Positions 1-10,977 of a stretch of 64,000 bases of DNA are shown here, piece by piece. The notes below the pieces were generated by a model. That model did no database searches. It was not told the origin of the DNA and saw nothing but the letters and a program-made list of their open reading frames with translations. Numbering within the stretch: the first letter of the stretch is position 1; each line of letters starts with the position of its first letter. The translations under genes and the position numbers were made by a program. This stretch comes from Naegleria gruberi (Eukaryota), in the NCBI GenBank assembly GCA_000004985.1, contig GG738863.1; one strand, written 5' to 3'.

Positions 1-268
1 CCTTATTAGATTGCTCATCCATTATCATGGATTTTGCTATCCTTGATGCGGAATCAAATATAAACCTTCTCTGCTGCTGAGAGGATGACAATAACCTATT
101 CATCATTTGCAAGCCACCTCCAGAATTACAAACACTCTTATTTGATTTAATGTTGGTAGCTTCTTGATGATTTTGTTGTTGTTTTAATAAACCAATCATC
201 ATTGTTTGAAATGACGCCGTATTATTAAACGACGAAGAAAAACAGTGTCGTTGTGTGCTCAATGCCAA
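1..268 (-). CDS. 5' part of an uncharacterised protein. The CDS starts at an ATG at 266-268 (minus strand) and runs off the window start. Reading begins MKRLALSTQRHCFSSSFNNTASFQTMMIGLLKQQQNH...
   Basis: Manual reverse-complement translation gives an open frame from an A-rich-context ATG to the window edge. It is shorter than the ORF-track threshold and has no recognisable domain. Confidence 0.3.
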   Translation of the reverse strand, partial: MALSTQRHCFSSSFNNTASFQTMMIGLLKQQQNHQEATNIKSNKSVCNSGGGLQMMNRLLSSSQQQRRFIFDSASRIAKSMIMDEQSNK

Positions 269-533
269 GCGCTTCATTTTTTTATTTGATTTTATTTTGT
301 GAGTTATAGAATTTAAACCTCCGATAATTACCTGTGTTACAATTTCGATAATACCCAATCAAAACAGGACGGTTGACAAGAATTGGGAATATTGTCTTTT
401 TTATATTTGAAGATTGGGTTGGTACAATTGACTGAATGAGATTTTGAATTATTAGATTTTGAATGTCTTTTGATATAAGTTTTGTAATCTTCCAACAAGA
501 ATATGAGATAATATTAAAGAAGATTCTGAAAAA

Positions 534-2216
534 ATGGCACAACATCTTCCTCCAGAATTGCTGCAGCTCATCATTTCATTCATTCCACCATCAGAATATT
601 TAAAAAATAATGTCATCACTGTTTGTTCCGATTGGTTTGAATTGGGAGAGTATGAAATGTTTTGGTTGGCTACTCTAAAATCACTACTTCAGGAGGAGAT
701 CTTCTTTACAGAGAATGAAGAATGTGAATTTGTGGGAGTGGTTCATTATACATTCCTCGATTCATTGTTTAATTTTAAAATGGAAAGAGAGTCCTATGCT
801 CAACAATTAAAACGATTGGAGCAAATTTTAATTTTTGATCGTAAACCTTTTCAACTTAGGAGAGAAACTAATAGTGATATTTTTGGAAAAACTTATTGGA
901 AAAGGTCGCGCCAATTTGTTACAGAGAGAAGGAGGAGACGTATTATGCTGGAGGTTTTAAGAAGAGTTATTCAAATGGGATTTTCAGCCAATATTTCAGA
1001 ATGGATTGATATTGTAAAATTTATCAAAAGTCATAAGGATTTAAAATCAATAGCTAGGTACAATTACGCACATGTAAATTTGGCAAATTTATTCTTATTT
1101 CATTATGCATATGATTATTTCAAAGTTGTAGATCAAAAATGGAGAGATTTTGCATATTATATGCTAGATTTCTTTTTCAATGAATGTGAAACACCAATAT
1201 TAGACTGTATAGAGCGAATTTTTAAAATGAAACTTATAAGAGTTTTTAATGATAAATCTCTAGGGCTCTTTGAAAAATTCAAAAAGGAGCTCGTAGCATG
1301 TGGGAAGAAAGGTGTTCCAGATTATTTTATTGTAACACTTTTAAATTCTGCAGACATGACAAAGGCAGAAGACATTGAAATTGTAACCAAATTTGTAACT
1401 TTAATAAGAGATAGAAAGCAATCAAAATTTACTGAAACCATAGCAGCTCGTGACGTCAATTCTCTATTCTTATATGTACGAGGAAATTGGGAATGTATTG
1501 AATTTTACTTGAAAGTATTGGAAGTCCAAAAGTACCAACAATTTTCTCCTAAAATATTTATTGATAATATTATTAGAAATAGTGACCCAGAGTCATGTAA
1601 TATTATTGGGATTTTAAGGAGAATTCATAACGAATATGGATTGGAAATGAATTACCTTTCAAAGTTTTTGGTTCAAGAGAAAACAAATGACCTACTCTTA
1701 TTTTTTGTTGATGAGTGTGGAGCTAATGTTAATCAACTAATAGGTGAGAGTGATAACAGTTTTTTAATTAGTGAGTGCATCCATGCCACAGGGTTGAGAC
1801 GATCTCAAACAGAACTGATTTTAACATTAATGGAGAGGGGAGCAACCATACCAAATCATGAATTTTTTTCAACAATATTTAACAACTATTTCGATAGAGA
1901 GGAGCTTTATTTACCTACATTGAAAAAGCTTGTTGAGAAATATGGTCCACGATTTGACTCTCTTGACTTTTTCTCTTATCATGTAAAATATATAGATGAT
2001 GGCTTTCTCTTTTCTCCAAAAAGTTTAGTTTCAGTATTTCAATATTTCGTCGAATATTTAGGCAGCAAACAATTAGCAACCAGAGATCTCAAGGAGAATA
2101 TTCAAGACTATTGCAGTCGAATATCTAATAATTGGTTTGACATTAATCTAGAGGAAGTTGAAGAATTGAAGAAAAAAGTTAAGGAATTATTTGGATTTAC
2201 AATAACTACTAAGTGA
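534..2216 (+). CDS. F-box-like domain protein of 560 aa, unknown function
   Basis: ORF with ATG in aaaaATGG context. The N-terminus LPPELLQLIISFIPP...CSDWFEL matches the F-box consensus (LPxEil..Il..L). The rest is helical with no recognised domain. Confidence 0.6.
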   Translation: MAQHLPPELLQLIISFIPPSEYLKNNVITVCSDWFELGEYEMFWLATLKSLLQEEIFFTENEECEFVGVVHYTFLDSLFNFKMERESYAQQLKRLEQILIFDRKPFQLRRETNSDIFGKTYWKRSRQFVTERRRRRIMLEVLRRVIQMGFSANISEWIDIVKFIKSHKDLKSIARYNYAHVNLANLFLFHYAYDYFKVVDQKWRDFAYYMLDFFFNECETPILDCIERIFKMKLIRVFNDKSLGLFEKFKKELVACGKKGVPDYFIVTLLNSADMTKAEDIEIVTKFVTLIRDRKQSKFTETIAARDVNSLFLYVRGNWECIEFYLKVLEVQKYQQFSPKIFIDNIIRNSDPESCNIIGILRRIHNEYGLEMNYLSKFLVQEKTNDLLLFFVDECGANVNQLIGESDNSFLISECIHATGLRRSQTELILTLMERGATIPNHEFFSTIFNNYFDREELYLPTLKKLVEKYGPRFDSLDFFSYHVKYIDDGFLFSPKSLVSVFQYFVEYLGSKQLATRDLKENIQDYCSRISNNWFDINLEEVEELKKKVKELFGFTITTK

Positions 2217-2614
2217 ATTTTGAGAAAAATTCCTTAATTCTAAGACAATTAATTTCTAACTTGATGCATATTGAAGTTCATTTTCAATGAGTAATTACTG
2301 AAGAGAGAAAATAACACCTTATTTACGAACTGTGGATATCGATTCAATCAAAATAATTAATGATTGCCTTCTCTTTGTAATCTACAAAAACATCTTAACA
2401 CCCAGAATATTCAACATCCACCTTTTTTTGATCCAATTTCTCCTTTTAGACTTATTTTTGTGGTCGTTTCAAAAATATTCCCCTTTTGCATGCGCGCAAA
2501 TGGTTCATCTTGTTCAACAAGTATGAGTAAGGTCATCTCGATATGCTGAGTAACAAAGCCTATTTAACCAAGGCTAACAAATTACCAAGTTGAAAAAAAC
2601 AACACTAATACACA

Positions 2615-3385
2615 ATGGAAGTTATCGAAGAAAAGAGATTATTCACTGATTTACCTTATAGATTTGCCTATGTTGCCAAGTTTGTTGGTTTCGGTGAAGA
2701 AGATGTCAAGTATATTCATGAATCAGCTGCTGTTTTGGCTCCACTCGTGCCAACAGTTGTTGATTTGGTTTATAAAAAGTTGTTCAGTTTTGATGTGACA
2801 AAGAAGACCTTTATGGTTCGTAATGATAAATTTCAAGGAAAGATGGAAGATACTTTGGATGAATTGTCTGATACTTCTAGTGAACAAATTAAATTCAGAA
2901 AGGATATGTTGAGCAAGTATTTGGTTAAATTGGTTACTGCTGATTACTCTGATCCTGCTCTTGTTAAATATTTGGATTGGGTTGGTAAAATCCACACAAC
3001 TAAGGCTGGTAACAAGGATATTGTTATCGATTATATTCACATTAATGCTTTGTTTGGTTATGTTTCCGATGTCTTGTTGGGTACTATTGCTATGTGTCCA
3101 CAATTGAATGAAGAACAAAGAGCCAAGACTGTCCAAGCTTTTAACAAGTTATTGTGGATTCAAAATGATTTATTTGCTAAATATTATGTTGATGATGATT
3201 CTAGACATGGAATTACTCAACCTGAATCTACTGAATCTGCTCCATCATCTGGTGGTTGTTGTTTTGGATTCAAGTCAGCTAAGCCACAAACTTGTCAAAA
3301 GACTTGTCCATTGAAACCTCTTGCTTGTATTTCTATTGTTGCTGCTGCTTCATTCTTCCTTGGTAAATACCTTGCCAATAAGTAA
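2615..3385 (+). CDS. Protoglobin / globin-coupled-sensor-like (sensor-globin) domain protein with a Cys-rich hydrophobic C-terminal tail
   Basis: 256-aa ORF. It carries motifs typical of the protoglobin/sensor-globin fold: EEDVKYIHESAAVLAPLVPTVVDLVYKKLFSFD, YLDWVGKIH (proximal His region) and AFNKLLWIQNDLFAKYYV. The C-terminal SSGGCCFGFK...CPLKPLACISIVAAASFFLG looks like a lipidation or TM anchor. The call rests on remembered family motifs, not on a search. Confidence 0.5.
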   Translation: MEVIEEKRLFTDLPYRFAYVAKFVGFGEEDVKYIHESAAVLAPLVPTVVDLVYKKLFSFDVTKKTFMVRNDKFQGKMEDTLDELSDTSSEQIKFRKDMLSKYLVKLVTADYSDPALVKYLDWVGKIHTTKAGNKDIVIDYIHINALFGYVSDVLLGTIAMCPQLNEEQRAKTVQAFNKLLWIQNDLFAKYYVDDDSRHGITQPESTESAPSSGGCCFGFKSAKPQTCQKTCPLKPLACISIVAAASFFLGKYLANK

Positions 3386-3454
3386 ATTATCATTGAATTG
3401 ATAACCCTAGTTTTTAATTCCGATAGAGCAATTCTTTTCACATCTTTCAAAAAA

Positions 3455-4927
3455 ATGATTCGAAACCATCATCAATCCTTTCACTCACAAGTTTATCAAT
3501 TGCTATCCTGTTGCCATTTAATGTTTGGTCATTTATTGATACTCTTTGTCTTGTCGATAGTTTCTGCTAAATCCATTACACCATTCCTTCTCTACGTGTC
3601 AATGATCATCACAAGTGACATTCTCATTTCACAATTAATTCCTCTCCTTGACAATTCATCATACCGAAAGATTATTCTAATGACATGTTTAATTATTTAT
3701 AATATTGGTGGAGTACTTTCTAATTATTATTGTTATTCGGAAATGGTTCGAGTTGTTAAACATGATTTGGCATATTCAGAATCTGCAATTAATGATACTG
3801 ATTGGGATGTTCACGATTCTGTCAAGACTTTACGATATTATTCATTTGTTTGTTTGATTGGTTTTATTCAGGGATTTGGAAAGGTTATTAATCAAACCAT
3901 TTTACAACAAGCATATGGAAAGAAAATTAGTTTTATTGAAATGATTGCTTTTTGGATGAGTGGTTTGCTAGTTTTAAATGTTAGCAAATTTCAATATGTT
4001 TCAGATTTTATGGCAATGTTTCAGTTGGGAGTTTTTTGGGTTGTTTTGGGAATTATTGATTCAATAGTTGGAGTTTTACTCATTTGTAAAATTGAATTCA
4101 ATAATGAAAGTGTGAAAACATATGAGCAAACTGAGGAGGAGGATGAACCACTGAATCTTGAGGAGGAAGACGAAGGATTGGAATTGACTGTATTTTACAA
4201 ACTCTTCATGTTTGGATCGAGTTCTAAATATCCAAGTTTTATCTACTCAATTTCTCACACTCTAAGTAATTGGGCTAATTTGTGTTTCAGTGCAAGAATT
4301 CATGAAAATTCCAATCTGATACTGTATTACTTACTAATTATGAATTTTAATCCATTATTAATTGCATTCTATATCATTCTGAAAGGACTCTTCTTGATGA
4401 ATATTAATAAGAGTGATAATATGTGGTTTGTGAAATTTATTTCCTCTTCTAGAGTTGAAATTAAGCCTACCATTGGTTCAATATCTTTCCATTTCATCAC
4501 TTTACTAATTTATCTTGCAATTTTATTCATGAATTCACTGCCTTTCAATTATATAGGATATCAACAGGTAGTTAGGAGCGTGAGAGATCAATTTGTGTTC
4601 GGAATTACAATTTTCATTCCAACAATCCTATCTCTATTGGAAAGTATTTTAATTTCAGATCCAAGCAAGCTATCAATAACCCATGGAATTTCAGTGGAGA
4701 ACTATTTTGAAAGTAAGGAAATACCAATCGCCACTACCATTAACAAATATCTGGGAATTGCAGTTCAAATATTAATAATTTCCATAATTTCTACATATTT
4801 CAAAAGAAGTGGACTTGTTGCCTTCAAGTTCTTTAGTGATCTCTCGGTGGTGATGCAAATTTTGGGAACCTGTTGTCTTTTACTTAGCTTTTTGCTTTAC
4901 AGAAAACCAAAGGTTAAATCTGATTAA
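3455..4927 (+). CDS. Multi-pass integral membrane protein of about 490 aa, unknown family
   Basis: Long ORF with many hydrophobic 20-aa segments and an acidic loop (EEEDEPLNLEEEDEG). The track start at 3398 is a TTG; the first ATG in A-rich context is at 3455. Unrecognised introns may be present. Confidence 0.45.
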   Translation: MIRNHHQSFHSQVYQLLSCCHLMFGHLLILFVLSIVSAKSITPFLLYVSMIITSDILISQLIPLLDNSSYRKIILMTCLIIYNIGGVLSNYYCYSEMVRVVKHDLAYSESAINDTDWDVHDSVKTLRYYSFVCLIGFIQGFGKVINQTILQQAYGKKISFIEMIAFWMSGLLVLNVSKFQYVSDFMAMFQLGVFWVVLGIIDSIVGVLLICKIEFNNESVKTYEQTEEEDEPLNLEEEDEGLELTVFYKLFMFGSSSKYPSFIYSISHTLSNWANLCFSARIHENSNLILYYLLIMNFNPLLIAFYIILKGLFLMNINKSDNMWFVKFISSSRVEIKPTIGSISFHFITLLIYLAILFMNSLPFNYIGYQQVVRSVRDQFVFGITIFIPTILSLLESILISDPSKLSITHGISVENYFESKEIPIATTINKYLGIAVQILIISIISTYFKRSGLVAFKFFSDLSVVMQILGTCCLLLSFLLYRKPKVKSD

Positions 4928-5157
4928 TTGTTATTTATTGTATTCGTTCCAAATATGGATTTTGTAAAATATGCAATATTTACATTTAATAATCTTTGAA
5001 TATCATCATATTTTAATAACTACATTTCTGTTTTACAAACACCAAAAGTACTACTCAACCAAAAGAGGCCCATTTTGGGAATTAACCCAAAAAGTTACAT
5101 GGCAATATATTTAAAACAACCACAAAGGAAAACCAGCACCAGAATCTTTATCAAAAA

Positions 5158-5700
5158 ATGTATCCTAACTATCAAACACCCACACTTTCGTCTACCACCT
5201 CTTCAAGTGTTCATCCAGGAGATGCAGTAAATCCACTCAGTTCACCATTCAGTCCAATTGGAACATATCCAATGAGTCGTTCAAATTCTGCACCTTTGGA
5301 TAAAGCACACAGTTTGATGGGTTGTTGGAATAATAATATTTTGTAAGTTTGTAGAGTTGTAAAGATCTATTGATCGGGATGGATTTTTGTAATGATCAAT
5401 AGTTATCCGTGTACTTTAAAAGTTTTTGATAACTCTGTTGTGCTTGATAAGATTAGAGTAATTAATAATGTAGATGTTGATGAATGGAAAGAGATGGTTT
5501 CATTATTATTGTCACACAATCATTCAAATTGGAATATAATAGAAAGAACAGAGAACAAAATGATTCTTTCAAAACAAATTGAAGGAGTCATGTTTGAAAT
5601 TGTAATTAATCAAACAAGTTTTACAATGGCAGAATTGAGATATGAGAAAAATGGATTGAAAATATTTATTGATTACATGTTAATTTATAAATTTGGTTAA
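5158..5700 (+). CDS. Hypothetical protein of about 160 aa with 2 exons (5158-5342, 5403-5700)
   Basis: Exon 1 ends ...ATT TT|GTAAGT in phase 2. A 60-nt intron ends ...caatag|. TT+T then restores the downstream ORF frame (YPCTLKVFDNSVVLDK...). The C-terminal region is loosely KA1-like, but this is not certain. Confidence 0.45.
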
Positions 5701-5713
5701 TATAATTAATATC

Positions 5714-5784
5714 AAATCTTAGTTCCTGAACAAGTGAACAAGTCGGGGAGAAGACATTTGACTTCTCGCCACATGACGGTCATT
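5714..5784. repeat. Degenerate local duplicate of the last ~65 nt of the WD40 gene CDS (copy at 6057-6120)
   Basis: aaatcttagttcctgaacaagt...ggggagaagacatttgacttctcgccacatgacgg is about 90% identical to the 3' terminus of the minus-strand WD40 CDS. It carries a 9-nt internal duplication (gaacaagtc) that breaks the frame. Confidence 0.7.
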
Positions 5785-6055
5785 AGATTTATTAATTTCA
5801 ATGCTTAATGATGTCTAGATGATTTTGAAAACAGATTTAAAACGTGTTGCCTCTCGAATGAATTCTGTCAAAGTCTCAATAAATATATTGAAAGGATGAC
5901 AAATCTCACTTCACTAATATCTTGAACAGTCTCATAAAAGGTAAAACTCAGTCTAATGTGGATAAGAGAAAACCATTGACAAATTCAACAGTTACAATCC
6001 ATTTTTCTCATATCTCACAACATTACGTAATTTATAAATTTTGTTAATTTTTATT

Positions 6056-9000
6056 TTAAATCTTAGTTCCTGAACAAGTTGGGGAGAAGACATTGACTTC
6101 TCTCCACATGACGGACTCAGCCAAACTGATTATTGAGCCACCATCTTCTAACAAGACAGGAGGTTGAGCTTCTTTCTTTGAAATGACACTTATTGCCCTC
6201 TTTCCATCAATTGAACGAACAGGTAAATTGGATCCTGATGGTATTACTAAATTTGATGGAGTCCATTCATGAACTAAAGTTTTTTGTTCTAATCTCTTCT
6301 TGAATGAAATGAGTGGCTTGCTGTATTGTTCTTCCAGTACTTCATTGGTATCGCTAAGAGCTTGAGAAAGTATACTAATAGCCTCATCAATTTCACCCGA
6401 ATAAGCCATACTAAGGCAATAAATATATTCAGCAAACTGTCTTGGTGCAAAGAATTCTTTTGGAATATTCTTGAGACAATCCTTAGCATTGAGTGCTAAC
6501 TTAGGAGCAATAACAAAATATTCTTTCCATAAAGCAAGTTGAGCACCAATCAAATTAGAGTAGAATAGAATCTTATTCCTCATAATGGTTTCCAATTTGT
6601 ATGCATCAATACATTGAACAGCATTATGTATACTGCTAATGAGTGGCCAGTTCCAATCTTGCTCAGCAAATAATTCTTCATAATTTACCACAGCAACTAA
6701 GGCAGCATTAATATTATCGTAGGCAAATGAATAAAATCTGATGCATTCGGCTGGATTTTCATGTTCCAAAGCAGGTGCCTGGGCAGCATAGAATGAAGGA
6801 GTTTGGAAACCTCCTTTAATGAACAAATTATCTCTCTGAGGATGAGTTGGTGGAAGCTTACACATCATCTTGGAGGCTTCTTCTCTGTTTTTAACTTGTG
6901 CAAGTGTTTCGCAGGCAATATCCCATTCTCCATTCATAGTACAAACATTTGCGAACGCCAAAAGTATGCTATCGTCTGTGTTTCTTATGAGAAGAGCTTT
7001 GGCCAAAGAATAAGCTAAATGTCCCTCACATCCTTTAACTAGGTAATGGAAGCATTTATCAACATCCTTGATTGAAAGGAATGCAGAAGCTGCCAGAATA
7101 GGTTTCGATTCTCTCATAAAGTTCTTAGCTTGCAACTCAGCAATTCTTCTCATTTCAATAGTTACAGGTGCATTCTCGGAGCTTTCTTCTTGGTTGGCCG
7201 TCTTGGTTTGTTCGGCGATAGGTTTAGGATAACCTGATTCTGCACTTCTTCTTGCAACAATGGAAGCTTCAGTCAATTGATTCTTTCTAATGAAATAATT
7301 CAGCAGCTTATCAGTTTCAGATGTTGCAATGTAGTATGGAATAACATCTTCGCTTTCATTCTCAGCTAGTTGTTTAGTATACTTGGCTGTCAGATCTTTC
7401 CAATAATCAATTGAAACAGATGGAGCAACTGAAAGAGCTTTTTCCCATTCTCCAACCTCACACATGATTTCGCAATAATTTCTTACCTTACCAATTTTAA
7501 GGTAAAGTTTTGCAGCTTCCTTTAATTGCTCGGCCACTCTTTGTGCAGCTCCTGTACCCTTATTCTTATATCTAGCGGATTCCATTTCCTTGGCCTTATT
7601 ATATACAGTTTCAGTAATAGCATTACAGAACAAAACATCAGACTTGAGAGATGATTTGTACTTTTTACCTTGGAAGAAACTGTTAGCAAGTTCCCACAAG
7701 TTTCTGCTAGTACTTGGGAAGTTGAAATATTCGGAGAGAATGGTGTGCTTTTCAACATCTGTCTTTGCTTCAGCCAACTTGGTGCTAACGAGTTTAGCTC
7801 CCGGCCCAGATAATCCATCTCCCTGAGAATCAGAATCAAAAGGACTCTTTGGAGTGGTAAGCAGAGGTGCAAGTGATTGGATATTAATTGCCTTAACATA
7901 GAATTTTGTTGAAATATTATCAAGGCTCCAGAATCTAATTGTGGTATCTCTTGAAGTTGATCCAAAGGTGAATGGTCTTTCAGGATGAGATGATAAACCA
8001 TAGACGTCAGCATGGTGATCGTTAGAGACAGCAATTTGGCATTCCTTCTTTGTATCCCAAACTCTGATTGTACCATCCCAAGAACCACTGAGTAAAATGT
8101 TAGAAACCTCATAGTTCCAAGCTAAAGCTCTCACATAGTGAGTATGCCCTTTCAACACTTTGGAATTACCAGTATCACTGTCCCATATTCTAATAGTCTT
8201 ATCATTTGATCCTGAAGCTAACACATTAGGAATAGTTGGATGCCATGTTACGTTGAAAACTTCAGCAGTGTGACCTTTGAGAATTGAAATTGGAGCATCA
8301 TTTGGATTATTAATGTTGAAAACTCTTACAATATGATCATGGCAACCTGTAGCAATAATATTCTTGTTGGTTGGATGCCATTGAACACCAAAGACTGGTG
8401 CTGGGTGCTTGAACTTTTTAATTACCTTTCCTTCCTCGTTGAATACAATACAGAATGTATCCTTAGAGGTAGTTGCCAGAAGAGAGTGGTCAATTGGATT
8501 CCATGCAACTCTATAAATACAGTCTTTGTGAATTTCTTGTTGAAGTTTTGGAATTCTCTTTTGGGCGTCCCAAATGATGACCATACCAGTGTTGAAAGCT
8601 CCGGCAATTTCTCTCTTAGTTGGATGCCAAGCAAGGCCATAGATAACACCAGTTTCGTGAGTAAGATTTTCTACAACCTTCATTCTGTGAGTATCCCAAA
8701 GTCTGATACTGTGATCAAAACCTGAAGTGGCGAAAATATCTGGATTGGCAGGACAATACTCACAATCGAAAATGGTTTCTGTATGAGAACCGGGTGTCAA
8801 AAAGTCGAATTGCTTCTTTGAAATATCAAATAATCCTACGGCTCCATCCTTGAAAGCACAAGCTAACTTTTGACATCCTGGAAGTAAAAACATATCCTGG
8901 AATCCACTATTTTTTCTAACTCTTTGCACTTTGAGAGGAGCTGTTTGAGAAACGTTCCAGTATCTAATAACACCTGCTCTTACATCAGAAGTTATGAAAT

Positions 9001-9815
9001 TACCAGGTTCATTCTTTATCCATGCAATCGAAGATATACCAGCTCCGGATTTTTCAAATACCTTAACTTTCATATTTTCTTCTTTGGCATCAGTATCGAA
9101 AAGTACAGTCTGGCCGTTTTCGTAGCTACAAATGAGATAATTATTAGAAAGAGAATCCCATTGGAAATCTACAATCTTGTAATCTGAAAATTTGTGTCTG
9201 CAAATTGGCTTTTTCTTCTTAATATCCACTAAAAACAATTCAGCTCCACAAGCAGCAAATAAAACAGTAGGATTTCTAGTATTAAACCCTATTGATCTTA
9301 GATCATCTCCCGAAAGATTGATTGTATAATTTGAATCGTCATTAAAGTCAATTACTTTGATTGCACCTTTTTTACCTCCAACAACTAATTGATATGAATC
9401 CGTACAACTCCAATCGATACAATAAGGCTTGAATTGTGAAGATTTTAAATCCACTACTTTGATTGTTTTTCCATCGGTAATATCCCAAACTCTGATTGTT
9501 TGATCTAAACTGGCTGTGGCAATTAAATAGGGCGAGTGAGGCGAGACGGCCACACCAGTTATTGCCATACCATGACCAGTAAGAATTCTTTCCAAACGGA
9601 AATCACTCAAATTGTAAACATAAACAGCAATGGTAGAACAATAAATAAGTCTTCCTTGAGTTACAGTTATTATTCTCTTGTACCAAAGTTGAGCTCCGGA
9701 AGGAATTAATCCCTACATTAATTGTAACAATGATGAAATATATAAATTAATACAACAACAACAATAACATTAATAAAAAACAAATCCTCAACAAAATACA
9801 TACAATTTGTTTCAT
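6056..9815 (-). CDS. WD40-repeat protein of about 1218 aa: two N-terminal beta-propellers plus a C-terminal alpha-helical/TPR-like region. 2 exons: 9804-9815 and 6056-9712.
   Basis: A 3.6-kb ORF with many WD repeats (GHxxxV..WD motifs recur). The frame stays open upstream of the track 'M', which is a TTG, as far as a TAG. A 12-nt first exon ATGAAACAAATT|GTATGT sits in aaaaaaATG context, followed by a 91-nt intron ending ...aatgtag|. This gives MKQI-GLIPSGAQLWYKRIITVTQGRLIYCSTIAVYVYNLSDFRLER. The propeller + helical-tail architecture resembles Gemin5 or IFT-type proteins; orthology is unresolved. Confidence 0.75.
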
Positions 9816-9867
9816 TTTTTTAAGGTTAAAAAGCATGGTGATTGATGTTCTCTGAGAGTTATGTGGA

Positions 9868-9878
9868 TTGGCGCCAAA
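9868..9878. promoter_or_regulatory. E2F-type palindromic element (aTTGGCGCCAAAt) 53 nt upstream of the WD40 gene ATG
   Basis: GGCGCC-core palindrome matching the E2F consensus TTTSGCGCSAAA. The same motif recurs at 30549-30560 and 33484-33495 at similar distances from an ATG. Confidence 0.5.
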
Positions 9879-10000
9879 TTTGACCTCTCAATACGAGTTC
9901 GTAAACTGTAGCAGGAGTTGAGTTGCACAACACTTGATAGAGATTAAATATCAGAGATTGCACCACCACAAATATATTGAGGCTATTTGAGGATGAAGAT

Positions 10001-10040
10001 CAGTCCTATGGATTAATGAGGAAGTTTTCACATAGGACTG
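10001..10040. repeat. Perfect 10-bp inverted repeat (CAGTCCTATG ... CATAGGACTG, 20-nt loop) in the G-patch gene 3' UTR / WD40 promoter region
   Basis: Seen directly in the sequence. It sits in an unusually GC-richer block (9840-10070) between two minus-strand genes. Confidence 0.6.
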
Positions 10041-10074
10041 GTGATGTTTCACTTTAACTGAGTTGGTGCTCATT

Positions 10075-10977
10075 CTAGAACTCTCTATACTCACAACAGT
10101 TATCGAATGAGACGACCGCAACATCATCATCTTGATTTTTGAGGAGACATGTCTCTTTTTCTCTATCTTTTGATACTAAACTGCCCACAAATCCCTTATG
10201 TTCTCCCTTCACAACCATGCATTGAAGTCCTTTTTGCTTTGGAATAATGGTTTCAAGGGAATCCTCTCCAATATGTTCCAATATTTCTCCAGTATCCATT
10301 TTGATTGTGCATTCATAACTAGTTGGAATATCCATTACAAGACCTTTTTGTAAATAATGTTTTCCATTACTGATATATCTCACATAGAGGTTTGGTAATA
10401 ACCAAGTGATGGCCTTCTTTTTCTTTGGTGCTACTGAGCTTGAAGATGCTGATTCATTAGTTTTTGGTCGTTGTTGTTCAGATTTGTTTTGAATACTTGT
10501 GGTTGCTGTCTTTTTACTGTCAGCTTGTTTTTCCTTTTCCAATTGGTCTTTCAATTTCTTATTCCTTGGATCCAATTCAATTTGATGCTGAAGACTACTT
10601 CCCAATCCAGCCAAATGAGGTCTAGGTTTTGGCTCTACAGGTTCAACGATTTGTTTCGATCTTCCAAATGGTTGACCATCCTTCCAACCCATTCCTCTCA
10701 ACATTGCAGCACCAAATCCTTCAACTGGCTTGGACGGAATAAACTCCTCATCCTTAGTATAATGATGATGATGATTTTCCAATTTTGCTTGTTTTATATT
10801 CAAATGATTTCCCTTGCACGGAATTACTTGATCAATTTTTCTCTTATTAGATTCTTCCTCTTTTCTTTCGGATTTTTCTTCTTCGGGATTTAAAAATTGA
10901 AGTGAAGATGATGCTGATTTGATATTTTTTGATTGTTTTGAAAGTTGAATTAAAAGTCTCTTGTCCTCACTCATCAT
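10075..10977 (-). CDS. G-patch and KOW-motif protein (GPKOW/MOS2/Spp2-like splicing factor), 300 aa
   Basis: G-patch signature GFGAAMLRGMGWKDGQPFG...AGLG. A KOW-like segment KGLQCMVVKGEHKGFVGSLVS lies near the C-terminus. ATG is verified. Confidence 0.65.
   Translation of the reverse strand: MMSEDKRLLIQLSKQSKNIKSASSSLQFLNPEEEKSERKEEESNKRKIDQVIPCKGNHLNIKQAKLENHHHHYTKDEEFIPSKPVEGFGAAMLRGMGWKDGQPFGRSKQIVEPVEPKPRPHLAGLGSSLQHQIELDPRNKKLKDQLEKEKQADSKKTATTSIQNKSEQQRPKTNESASSSSVAPKKKKAITWLLPNLYVRYISNGKHYLQKGLVMDIPTSYECTIKMDTGEILEHIGEDSLETIIPKQKGLQCMVVKGEHKGFVGSLVSKDREKETCLLKNQDDDVAVVSFDNCCEYREF

Noticed and set aside
282-545. 87-aa minus-strand ORF upstream of the first F-box gene.
   Set aside because: Hydrophobic, low-complexity text in AT-rich promoter DNA. 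It has no start context and overlaps the A-rich leader of the 534 gene.
2486-2500. Palindrome TTTTGCATGCGCGCAAA upstream of the protoglobin-like gene.
   Set aside because: It is GC-rich and palindromic but does not fit the E2F consensus (the CGC position is shifted). It is a single occurrence and was not counted with the GGCGCC family.
2723-3136. Antisense ORFs embedded in longer genes. Examples are 2723-3136(-), 6289-6489(-), 7522-8112(-), 8333-8725(+), 10471-10893(+), 19265-19486(+), 23785-23988(+), 30022-30351(+), 35282-35560(-), 36193-36471(+), 42200-42382(-), 43224-43505(-), 52814-53092(+) and 53593-53850(+).
   Set aside because: Each lies entirely inside and opposite, or out of frame to, a much longer ORF with recognisable domains and proper start and splice context. 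AT-rich DNA yields such ORFs by chance.
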